Positions 1 to 7,500 are shown, numbered from the stretch's first letter. The stretch is DNA of 12,123 bases from a virus (IMGVR_UViG_2802429235_000002:1-12123), one strand, 5' to 3'. Notes: generated by a model from the letters alone, not told the origin. Numbers and translations: made by a program.

Positions 1-56
1 AGGCCAGTAATGGGTTAAGTGATAACAGGTGTCTGGAAATATAGGGGCAAATCCAG
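1..56 (+). mobile_element. Insertion-sequence terminus (IS2-like, IS3 family), element body lying outside the window to the left
   Basis: Bases 1-56 are the exact reverse complement of 12068-12123. The motif TGTCTGGAAATATAGGGGCAAATCC matches my recollection of the IS2 right-end inverted repeat; family assignment is from memory, not a search. Confidence 0.5.
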
Positions 57-230
57 TAAATGCCCTTACTGTCGCATTTTCATATCTGGCATTCTCAATT
101 CCCAAGGAACAAATGCAACCAACACTGGCATCGCTCCAGCTTGAATCACTCAACCCCAAATGGTCCCAGCAACAACAAAATTCTTTCAAGTGGCTGGCGG
201 TATTACTGGAAGAAAAATATGCTGGTGAAA

Positions 231-575
231 TTACCATTTCGGCGGAGTCTTCAGTGAACCAGTAATTCTTCCCGGCAGTTTTCCTTTGTAGGTTATCCAC
301 ACACCCTGCGCCTCTAAAATTATGGGGCGCTTTTCCGGTGACTGCTCATCCCCTTCACATAACCCTGCAGCAACATCCAGGAAGACCTGTCTGATGCTCC
401 TTCTGGCTGCTGCCTCATAAAACTCCAGCGCGGCACCTTCAACACGGTCCAGCGAGATGTCCAGGTCTAAAATTTCACCGTCAAAGCGTTTTTTGTCCCG
501 TAACGCTAAAGTTACCGTAACTTTATTCTCAAAATTGCGGATCCCTTTCACAATCAGTTCATAGTTTTGAGTCAT
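231..575 (-). CDS. Hypothetical protein (114 aa) immediately downstream of the holin, same strand
   Basis: ATG at 573-575 with a GGGGAGAG Shine-Dalgarno-like sequence upstream; starts 4 nt after the holin stop, so probably co-transcribed. No motif recognised; it is not an endolysin-like sequence. Confidence 0.5.
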   Translation of the reverse strand: MTQNYELIVKGIRNFENKVTVTLALRDKKRFDGEILDLDISLDRVEGAALEFYEAAARRSIRQVFLDVAAGLCEGDEQSPEKRPIILEAQGVWITYKGKLPGRITGSLKTPPKW

Positions 576-579
576 TGAA

Positions 580-795
580 TTACTCTCCCCGTGCAGCCTT
601 ACGCTTATCTTCTTTAATCTTGAAATAAAGATTTGTCAGATACGTCAACAGGCCAAACACCAGACTACCCAGCACACCTATTGCTGCCCACTGTGAGGGC
701 GTGACTCTATCGAGCAACTGTAAAAACCAGTAGCCAGCACTGCCTGCGGAGGTGCCATAGGCGACACCTGTTGTTAACTTATCCATGGATTTCAT
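580..795 (-). CDS. Phage class II holin/pinholin, phage 21 S family (71 aa)
   Basis: The translation [71 protein letters not shown] closely resembles the S21 holin as I recall it, including the dual-start Met1/Met4 arrangement and two transmembrane segments. GAGGTG ribosome-binding site upstream of the ATG at 793-795. The longer 102-aa ORF in the track is a 5' over-extension. Confidence 0.8.
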   Translation of the reverse strand: MKSMDKLTTGVAYGTSAGSAGYWFLQLLDRVTPSQWAAIGVLGSLVFGLLTYLTNLYFKIKEDKRKAARGE

Positions 796-1134
796 AACCC
801 CCACCTCGCAGATGCGGGCGCTGTGTAATGGAAACAAAAAATGGCCACCAGCGGCCCGTAAAAAACACCCCGTCAAAAGCACCGGCATCCGCAGATGCCC
901 TTTGCGTGGCGTTATTTGATGCGCGCCAGGTGTGGCGCAAAGAAATGAAATAAGACTTATCGAAAATTAAGGTTAATTTGATGATTTAAACCACTTCTGA
1001 AGCTTAGTAGTATGAACATGTCCCCAGAAGGGGCCAATACTTATTATTCTTCATGGACTTTGTCCCGCGGTCTTAATCCGACGACCGCGCTACTTTTCAC
1101 CCTCTCGCAAATTGCTATCTAAAGGACGTTGTCC

Positions 1135-1167
1135 CACGAGTATTCCTGTATGCTCGTGTCTTTTTTT
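1135..1167 (+). terminator. Candidate intrinsic terminator, plus strand
   Basis: CACGAG (1135-1140) pairs with CTCGTG (1153-1158) around a 12-nt loop, followed by TC and a run of seven T (1161-1167). Confidence 0.3.
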
Positions 1168-1180
1168 GTCCTGAGAAAGG

Positions 1181-1209
1181 AATAAAAAAAACCGCCAGAT
1201 ATGGCGGTT
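1181..1209 (-). terminator. Intrinsic (rho-independent) terminator, minus strand, downstream of the tRNA pair
   Basis: Perfect 8-bp stem AACCGCCA/TGGCGGTT (1190-1209) with a 4-nt loop; on the minus strand it is followed directly by a U8 tract (plus-strand A run at 1184-1191). Confidence 0.7.
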
Positions 1210-1571
1210 GGTCAATGCAAGGGATGAATTTTTTAATTGTTATTAAACCGAGGCGTCGGGTGCCTCCCGAAGTATTCCGTGCTGCATGGATACTGTGGTT
1301 TCCCGCTAAACCGACTCTTTAAACCACCCTCGCACTGAGGAGCGCCTCTGTGGTGCTTTTACAACACCAAAATGATGCATCACCGACCCTGCCAGGAAAT
1401 ACAAAATCTCCACCGATAATGCACCATTCTGCTGCCGTAAAAAATTAGCACTGAGGCTACACCCGGCCTCAAATCATAGCCAGAGAACAGAATGCTTTTT
1501 CAAAACAACCTGCTCCCACGTAATAAAAAAATACGCCAGTGCCGTAATACAATAAGGCTTGTTTTAAATGC

Positions 1572-1646
<75 letters not shown>

Positions 1647-1649
1647 ATA

Positions 1650-1725
<76 letters not shown>

Positions 1726-1977
1726 ATTGGTTCTTCAGGGGAGCGATATCACCGAGCGATATCACCGAGCAAAGAAGAGTTCCCCCTCAGAACCGTTTTC
1801 GATGATACGATTTAATATTCCAATCGCAACAACACTTTGCGTCAAGCTATGTAAATTTATTTATGTATTTTTATTTTATGTGAACATTTCACCTTCACTT
1901 AAAATATACGCGACAATATATAAACAAATTTATTTTGAAGGCAATATTAAATGTCGTTTCTTATATCACACCATAAT

Positions 1978-2010
1978 AACAACAAAACCCGCTTGATGGC
2001 GGGTTCTATT
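1978..2010 (-). terminator. Intrinsic terminator about 85 nt downstream of the Q-like gene (tR'-like position)
   Basis: Perfect 7-bp stem AACCCGC/GCGGGTT (1989-2008) with loop TTGATG; on the minus strand it is followed by TTTTGTTGTT. Confidence 0.55.
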
Positions 2011-2090
2011 AAAGTTTAATTGCGCTTGATTCGCCTCGCGATACAGCTTTGCGAAGCGTAGCAAAATTGAAGCAGTTTACGCGTAAAAAA

Positions 2091-2501
2091 TCAAGCCGTT
2101 TTTTGAGCGAATGATTCTCGCATGGGAATGTATAGCGCATACTCAGCAACGGCCAACCAATTAGCAATTCGCTTTTCGCATGTGCTAAAACACCACTCTG
2201 GGTGTGCATCATTTAGCAATTCAGCCATTTTGCGTTTGGTCATCCCCCGCCCCTCATACCGTTGCCGAAGGACGCTAATCAATCCTGGATGCTCTGCCAG
2301 CACCTCACTTATGACCCGATCAATACATAACGCCTCTGCATCAGTACAATGCGCCAGCCAGCTCTTTTGCTTGCCGTTGATCATCTCTCTCAAAAACGCT
2401 TCCAGCTCAGCTTTCTCTATTCCCGCTTTTTTCATTCTGCGCAGGGCTTCATTGATGGCTGTTTTCGTCAATTTTTTGGATGCCAACAACTGATTGAACA
2501 T
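2091..2501 (-). CDS. Putative late-gene antiterminator Q-like protein (136 aa)
   Basis: Start chosen at ATG 2499-2501 (AGGA Shine-Dalgarno-like motif about 5 nt upstream) rather than the 220-aa extension, which overlaps the upstream gene. The Q-like call rests on position only (last gene before terminator, tRNAs and holin), not on a recognised motif. Confidence 0.4.
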   Translation of the reverse strand: MFNQLLASKKLTKTAINEALRRMKKAGIEKAELEAFLREMINGKQKSWLAHCTDAEALCIDRVISEVLAEHPGLISVLRQRYEGRGMTKRKMAELLNDAHPEWCFSTCEKRIANWLAVAEYALYIPMRESFAQKTA

Positions 2502-2629
2502 ATTTCCTGACCTGCCACCGCCAATATACGACCAGCGCCCCCACATACGCAGTTTGCCCTGAATCCAGACACTTTCCAGCGTGGCGAGACGAAGGTGTTC
2601 TCCGCTTTTTCCTGTATTCGTTGGGTAAA

Positions 2630-2920
2630 TCACAAATATCCCTCCTTTCTCCAGATTTCTTGTGTGCGAAAAACACCTTCTGCATGCATCAGGCGTAATT
2701 CTTCTTTGGTGTAATCGCTGGTTTTTACCCGCCCGTCGATTAGATCGTGGCATGAGCTACAGGCAATCGCCGCCTGCATATCGTGTGGTTTTGTCGCTAT
2801 TCCGCACGTTCCCGCCAGTCGGTAATGCGCCAGCACAGACGTTTCCGGATCGTGATTGCAGTAGCCAGGAATTCTGACGGTGCACATCTGCCCCCGCGCC
2901 GCTTTACGTAAATCCACCAT
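2630..2920 (-). CDS. ybcO: YbcO-like nin-region protein (DUF1364-type, Cys/His-rich, 96 aa)
   Basis: MVDLRKAARGQMCTVRIPGYCNHDPETSVLAHYRLAGTCG...ACSSCHD resembles E. coli DLP12 YbcO (also 96 aa) as I recall it. Its start overlaps the upstream stop as TAATG, suggesting translational coupling. Confidence 0.7.
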   Translation of the reverse strand: MVDLRKAARGQMCTVRIPGYCNHDPETSVLAHYRLAGTCGIATKPHDMQAAIACSSCHDLIDGRVKTSDYTKEELRLMHAEGVFRTQEIWRKEGYL

Positions 2921-3519
2921 TACGCAAACTCCAGCAGCTGCGCGGCCACATTTTCGACTTGTTCCGGAGAGGAAAATTTACGGAACAGAATCCAGTTCCA
3001 CAGCACATTCAGAACAGATTTATAAACCTGCTGAAACTCGGTTTCGTCCATATTCGCAAAAGCGATGGATTTCGCCCGACGCCCATGGCTACCGTCCGGA
3101 TAAAAATGTTCGGTGTAAAATCCAGCCTGAATGGTTACCCACTCGCGAAAAGCCTCAAACGACTTTAGCAATGCCGTATCCCGAGTTCTGCGTGTCGCAA
3201 CTGTATTCAGATATTGCTCTGCGGCATCACTCAGGGCTGGCGTGTGTTCCCGACCAACTGATTCGCACAGGTAATCAACGAAACCAGACAGCAGTTCTCG
3301 TTCGCGAGGCGTGATCGCCCCACCGACCGGAGTCCAGTAATCGAATCCCAGTTGCAGGAGTTTGAAAAAACGCTTGTGGAATGCGTAGTTACGCACACGC
3401 TTAAAGTCTGCGTGTATCCACTCACCTATTTTGATTTGATGCAGGAAATCGCAACTCTCCGGCGTCGCCGGGAGAAGTAAACCAGAAGAGGTTTGTTTGA
3501 CCAGTTGTATATGCGCCAT
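2920..3519 (-). CDS. Phage nin-region hypothetical protein (199 aa)
   Basis: Long ORF with typical coding composition, co-oriented and translationally coupled to the YbcO-like gene. Family not recognised. Confidence 0.6.
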   Translation of the reverse strand: MAHIQLVKQTSSGLLLPATPESCDFLHQIKIGEWIHADFKRVRNYAFHKRFFKLLQLGFDYWTPVGGAITPRERELLSGFVDYLCESVGREHTPALSDAAEQYLNTVATRRTRDTALLKSFEAFREWVTIQAGFYTEHFYPDGSHGRRAKSIAFANMDETEFQQVYKSVLNVLWNWILFRKFSSPEQVENVAAQLLEFA

Positions 3520-3792
3520 TTGTCAATCTCTCGATGGCGCAGTGCAGCAGATGCCAGTTGTTCAGGCCGACGTATAAAGTATAAATAAACTGATTCCAGT
3601 GTAAAGCCCCCACATTGATGGAATAAAAACCAAACAACAGATTGCTGGGATAAAAACAACGCTTATTATTAAAAGCGGTTAAACAAATTAAATTTTAATG
3701 TTATGCAAATCTACCAGATCACCATAATATCTCATTTGAAAACCACTGAAATAACAACCCTATCAGGATTAATCATATTAAGGTGAGTAAAT

Positions 3793-3879
3793 ATGGAAAA
3801 CAACAAATCTGCACATTACGCTCCTTTTTTATCTGTAATACTTTTTGTTTTATGCTGTGCGTGGGCATTATTTTTATAA
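3793..3879 (+). CDS. Candidate small hydrophobic peptide (28 aa): MENNKSAHYAPFLSVILFVLCCAWALFL
   Basis: ATG at 3793 preceded by AAGGTGAG at about 7 nt; single predicted transmembrane helix; lies in an AT-rich ORF-free spacer. Not in the supplied ORF track because it is under 60 aa. Confidence 0.3.
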   Translation: MENNKSAHYAPFLSVILFVLCCAWALFL

Positions 3880-3985
3880 AAATATTTACAGATAAAATAA
3901 ACCCGCCAAAGCTGGTTAAGTGTGGGTGCGTTGAGGATGCATAATACATCAGAGGTGGCGAGGGATTTCTCCCTCGCCCGGTCTC

Positions 3986-4141
3986 TTACTCCTCAGGTTC
4001 GTAAGCTGTGAAGACAGCGACCTCCGTCTGCCCGGTTCGGATTCGTACCTCGCAGAGGTCTTTCCTCGTTACCAGTGCCGTCACAATGACGGTTAAACAG
4101 ATGACGATCAGGGCGATTAACATCGCCTTTTGCTGCTTCAT
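3986..4141 (-). CDS. hokD: Hok/Gef-family type I toxin (51 aa)
   Basis: MKQQKAMLIALIVICLTVIVTALVTRKDLCEVRIRTGQTEVAVFTAYEPEE matches the Hok family and, from memory, E. coli HokD/RelF. AAGGAG ribosome-binding site 9 nt upstream of ATG 4139-4141. An in-frame upstream ATG at 4198 gives a 19-aa N-terminal extension. Confidence 0.85.
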   Translation of the reverse strand: MKQQKAMLIALIVICLTVIVTALVTRKDLCEVRIRTGQTEVAVFTAYEPEE

Positions 4142-4352
4142 AGCCTGCTTCTCCTTGCCTTTCGGCACGTAAGAGGCTAACCTACATGTGCAAAGCATGA
4201 AATTGGCCTCAGATTAATGTTAAGCGTCTTGCCGGACGCGTAATGTTAACTGGGGCTTTTCTCTATCTGCCTTTGGTGTTCATGCCCGAGGCAGATAGCC
4301 TCAAGCACCCGCAGCAATTCTACTTAACTCCCGTCACCTCGCCAATATAAAA

Positions 4353-4442
4353 TCAATCAGAAAGGCGATCCATAAGAACAACAGCAAGACAATAAATTGC
4401 TATTACAGCAGCAATAGCCAGCGCACATTTGAGAACCAGCAC
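4353..4442 (-). CDS. Candidate small hydrophobic peptide (29 aa): MLVLKCALAIAAVIAIYCLAVVLMDRLSD
   Basis: Consensus AGGAGG Shine-Dalgarno 5 nt upstream of a GTG start at 4440-4442; single predicted transmembrane helix; sits between the hok gene and the 3' end of the NTPase gene. Under 60 aa, so absent from the ORF track. Confidence 0.4.
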   Translation of the reverse strand: MLVLKCALAIAAVIAIYCLAVVLMDRLSD

Positions 4443-4810
4443 GACAACCTCCTGTATTGGACGCACACCAGTCCTGATAAATATGAGGCTGTCTCGTCAG
4501 TGATTCAATACAACTATTGGGTATAGTTTATCTATTTTTTCTTTGGCAATGGAACACAACAGCCAAACATAACCAACACTTCTTCAGATGTATTAAGTCA
4601 GGCCCCAACCAGCATTTTGAGTAAGCAGTTCACTCAAATATGACTATCTGATTTGAGCGACGTGCGAACATTTACGATAGCTTCACTATGATTGATACAT
4701 TCTGCAATCTCTTTGTCTCAGAAAGTCGAAAGTAGCTTAAGCTATATTATCAAGAGGATAATCATCACATTGAAGGTCGATACGTTACCTTCAATGTGAC
4801 AATCTATTTA

Positions 4811-7069
4811 TTATTGAATTTGCAGGTTTGTACGTAAGGAACCTGTAGATTCCTCATATAACTTAGATATATAATTAGACATATCATGGTTACTTCGTAC
4901 TTTTTTATTGAATTTTTTCAGGTACTTATCAACCGTAGTGCTAAGTAGCCCTGAGTCGTCTGTAACGTGAGTTATCCCTAAATTAATCAAAACACCTAAT
5001 TTATTTTTTTCCACTAAGCTATCAAATGCGGATTTATCCCCGAGCTCATTCAGTGTTGATGCTATGAAGAAACGTGCATAATCAATATGTTCACCAATTT
5101 CCTCATATTGTTCAATTTGAACTGACAAGTCTTCCAAGGCAGATTTGAAAAAATCATATGCGTAATTGTTACTTAAACACTTTGTGAAAATACAAAGAAG
5201 AGCTACTGGTGAAAACTCCTTCAGCGGGATGTCGGTATTTCCCTTGAGAATATCAACATATAATTTACCTGCATCTATATATGATAAAAGGACTCCCCTC
5301 GTTATTTTTTTATACGGAGTTAGATATGAAGCCAAATAAAAAGAACCGTTATAAAATAACCTTAAAAATCTTGTTTTATCGTTACTAGGTTTAAGTTCAT
5401 TAATTTTATCAATAAGATATTCATTGTCTCTTAACAAACCAAAATAGAAGAAATAACTATTTGCCCAATAAATATCATAAATATTATCATTTATGTCTAT
5501 TAGGCCACGCTTCCTAAGTCCTTCAGCGTAAAAATACTCCATGAATGATCTGTGTAGAAATGAGAACGTATTACTTCTAACATTAACTGTTGTTACTTCA
5601 CTGCGATAAATTAGTCTTTTGAAAAGTTTGTCCTCATCAACATTCAAGTTTCTTTTGGCCAAATAATTTAAAAACATGTCCTGCACTTCTGAAATTGATA
5701 TGCAGTTTAGAGAGTTATCCATCATAAATATCGCAATTTCTACTAATATATTACTTATTACATCATATTCTGTTTGCGATAATAATCCCTTAGATGTATC
5801 CCATCGTCCCAATACTATCTCACTGTATTTTGAGTATAGTTCTGTCATTGTAGATGGTAATTCTTTAATCTCATCAGAGAGTATTCTTGCCAGAAGAATA
5901 GCGCTCACTGGAGTCCTGGGAATGAACTTAAATAGTGGTGTTTTTTCTATACCATTTTTAAGTTTATTTGTTATTTTAATGTCATTGCAGATTTTATCTA
6001 CAAAGTCGATTATTTGACCTGTGCTAAGTGGTATTATCGAGTATCTTGCAAACATCTGATCGATAACTTCATAGTCCTGAAGAGAATCCATAATTCTTGA
6101 AGCAACTAGTAATCGAATTTTATCATTCCTGGATACTTTCTCTACAATGTCCCTGAAGTTGTTTTGCCTTTCCTCAAGTGATTCCTTTACTTCATCCACC
6201 GAATCAACAATTAATAAAATATTCCCATCATGTTGTATTTTGTACTTACTTAACACACTTTGTATTATATTTTCAACATTAAGTTTTTTTTCTAGAACAT
6301 CCTTGTATTGACAAAATACTGGAAGGATGTAGTCTTTTTCGTAAGAATATTCTTCTTTTATTTTTCTAATTAACTGTTTCAGCAAAGTACTTTTCCCAGA
6401 GCCAACGGTTCCCTCTAAAAAAATAAATCTCTCGGCTCTCACAACACTATACAGTTTTAACGGCCTGTGTCTGCGTTTTTTATGATCTTCCTTGCTTACA
6501 TATCTATCAATAAGGTTATTTATGCCAACACTACCAAAAAAAGAGCTTTCAGGTGTATCACTTATGGTTTGCAATGTATCTGTTAAGTATTGTTCATAAT
6601 TAATGGATTCGAAATCCCAAAACTCTGGGTAATATTTACTGATTAAAGAACATATTTTTTCACCCTCTATAAATTTTATATTTGTAGATTTGAATTTCAA
6701 GTAAATTTTTTCTTGAGCATTATTTGAGATCGATGAATTAGTAATAACCCAAATTTCATTCAAATGTATGTTCTTAGAGCCAGAAGAAATAAAGCGTGGA
6801 TATAATTGACACTCTTCTATTTGTCGTTCAACCTCACTATTTGACTGAATTATCTTTCCAACTTTACAAATAACACCAATATATATTTCCTCGTCTAATG
6901 CCTCATCTCGTTTAATTATGACAAAATCAGCACCTTTTTCTGATGGTCCTTGCTTATATTCAACATGTGTAACAGTCGGCAAACGTGGTAGAAGCGCTCT
7001 TGGCACTGGATGGAAATCATCAACCTCACGTTGCAATGATTCTATTTTTCTTAAGTATTCTGGTTTCAT
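4811..7069 (-). CDS. NACHT/STAND-type P-loop NTPase, NLR-like (752 aa), with an unassigned N-terminal domain and helical C-terminal region
   Basis: Walker A GTVGSGKST (codons at 6386-6412); Walker B LLIVDSVDE (NACHT-style hhhhD-x-x-DE) followed by LLVASR, resembling the NACHT sensor-1 hhhTSR motif. About 205 aa precede the P-loop and about 270 aromatic-rich residues follow the NTPase core. AAGGT ribosome-binding site 7 nt upstream of ATG 7067-7069. The gene is conspicuously AT-rich compared with its neighbours. Confidence 0.8.
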   Translation of the reverse strand: MKPEYLRKIESLQREVDDFHPVPRALLPRLPTVTHVEYKQGPSEKGADFVIIKRDEALDEEIYIGVICKVGKIIQSNSEVERQIEECQLYPRFISSGSKNIHLNEIWVITNSSISNNAQEKIYLKFKSTNIKFIEGEKICSLISKYYPEFWDFESINYEQYLTDTLQTISDTPESSFFGSVGINNLIDRYVSKEDHKKRRHRPLKLYSVVRAERFIFLEGTVGSGKSTLLKQLIRKIKEEYSYEKDYILPVFCQYKDVLEKKLNVENIIQSVLSKYKIQHDGNILLIVDSVDEVKESLEERQNNFRDIVEKVSRNDKIRLLVASRIMDSLQDYEVIDQMFARYSIIPLSTGQIIDFVDKICNDIKITNKLKNGIEKTPLFKFIPRTPVSAILLARILSDEIKELPSTMTELYSKYSEIVLGRWDTSKGLLSQTEYDVISNILVEIAIFMMDNSLNCISISEVQDMFLNYLAKRNLNVDEDKLFKRLIYRSEVTTVNVRSNTFSFLHRSFMEYFYAEGLRKRGLIDINDNIYDIYWANSYFFYFGLLRDNEYLIDKINELKPSNDKTRFLRLFYNGSFYLASYLTPYKKITRGVLLSYIDAGKLYVDILKGNTDIPLKEFSPVALLCIFTKCLSNNYAYDFFKSALEDLSVQIEQYEEIGEHIDYARFFIASTLNELGDKSAFDSLVEKNKLGVLINLGITHVTDDSGLLSTTVDKYLKKFNKKVRSNHDMSNYISKLYEESTGSLRTNLQIQ

Positions 7070-7099
7070 TTGTTTACCTTAAACAGTATCCAAAAAAAT

Positions 7100-7135
7100 C
7101 ATTTTATATAACAATCATATTTCATACAATGTCAA
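7100..7135 (-). promoter_or_regulatory. Candidate sigma70 promoter for the NTPase gene
   Basis: On the minus strand a consensus TTGACA (plus 7130-7135) is followed 16-19 nt later by a TA-rich stretch (TGTTATATAA), about 35-60 nt upstream of the ATG. The exact -10 hexamer is ambiguous. Confidence 0.35.
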
Positions 7136-7170
7136 CTATTAGACTCTTTTTCAACATTATAAACCTATTA

Positions 7171-7500
7171 TCAAAGACTAAGGCGACGGATTTCTCCGTC
7201 AGGTAATGACCAGATAAGGTCAGGATCAACCACAACCGGTTTCTTCACCTTTGCCCTTGATAGTTTTTTGCGGGCGTTTTGCCAGTCTTTACGAACCTGT
7301 TCTGAGGGAAATAACCCGTAACCAGAGTTGTATACATCACCGCTCGCAACCAATTCTCTGGCAAGAAGGTTCATCAGATATCTTGTCGCACCTGTCTTAG
7401 CTTCCAGTTGTCGTAACGTCTCGCGCCCACTCTGGCGCACGAGTTCAACAACCTGCCCTTTAATTTTTTCCCGCCCTTCTTGTGTAAATACTTTTGCCAT
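7171..7500 (-). CDS. Hypothetical protein (109 aa)
   Basis: Start chosen at ATG 7498-7500 with a GGAGG Shine-Dalgarno 5 nt upstream (the track's 114-aa version begins 15 nt earlier). Normal GC content, co-oriented with the replication genes. Confidence 0.55.
   Translation of the reverse strand: MAKVFTQEGREKIKGQVVELVRQSGRETLRQLEAKTGATRYLMNLLARELVASGDVYNSGYGLFPSEQVRKDWQNARKKLSRAKVKKPVVVDPDLIWSLPDGEIRRLSL

Noticed and set aside
29-265. Plus-strand 78-aa and 65-aa ORFs at the left edge
   Set aside because: They begin inside the IS terminus and run across the 3' end of the 114-aa minus-strand gene; no ribosome-binding site.
1727-1996. Plus-strand 89-aa ORF in the AT-rich stretch upstream of the tRNAs
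   Set aside because: Low-complexity AT-rich translation, no ribosome-binding site, and it overlaps the tRNA 5' end and the terminator; it more likely reflects late-promoter or leader DNA.
2091-2753. 220-aa version of the Q-like ORF starting at 2753
   Set aside because: The first 84 codons overlap the YbcO-like gene in another frame; an internal ATG at 2499-2501 with an AGGA ribosome-binding site gives a non-overlapping 136-aa gene.
3422-3659. Minus-strand ORFs of 71 and 77 aa overlapping the 5' end of the 199-aa gene
   Set aside because: They overlap the longer gene out of frame or lie in the AT-rich spacer without ribosome-binding sites.
5676-6017. Plus-strand 113-aa ORF antisense to the NTPase gene, and similar antisense ORFs (2122..2493, 2662..2877, 2880..3314, 7328..7627, 7901..8204, 8699..9482, 10015..10309)
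   Set aside because: Each is embedded antisense within a longer, better-supported minus-strand gene with recognisable motifs; typical shadow ORFs.
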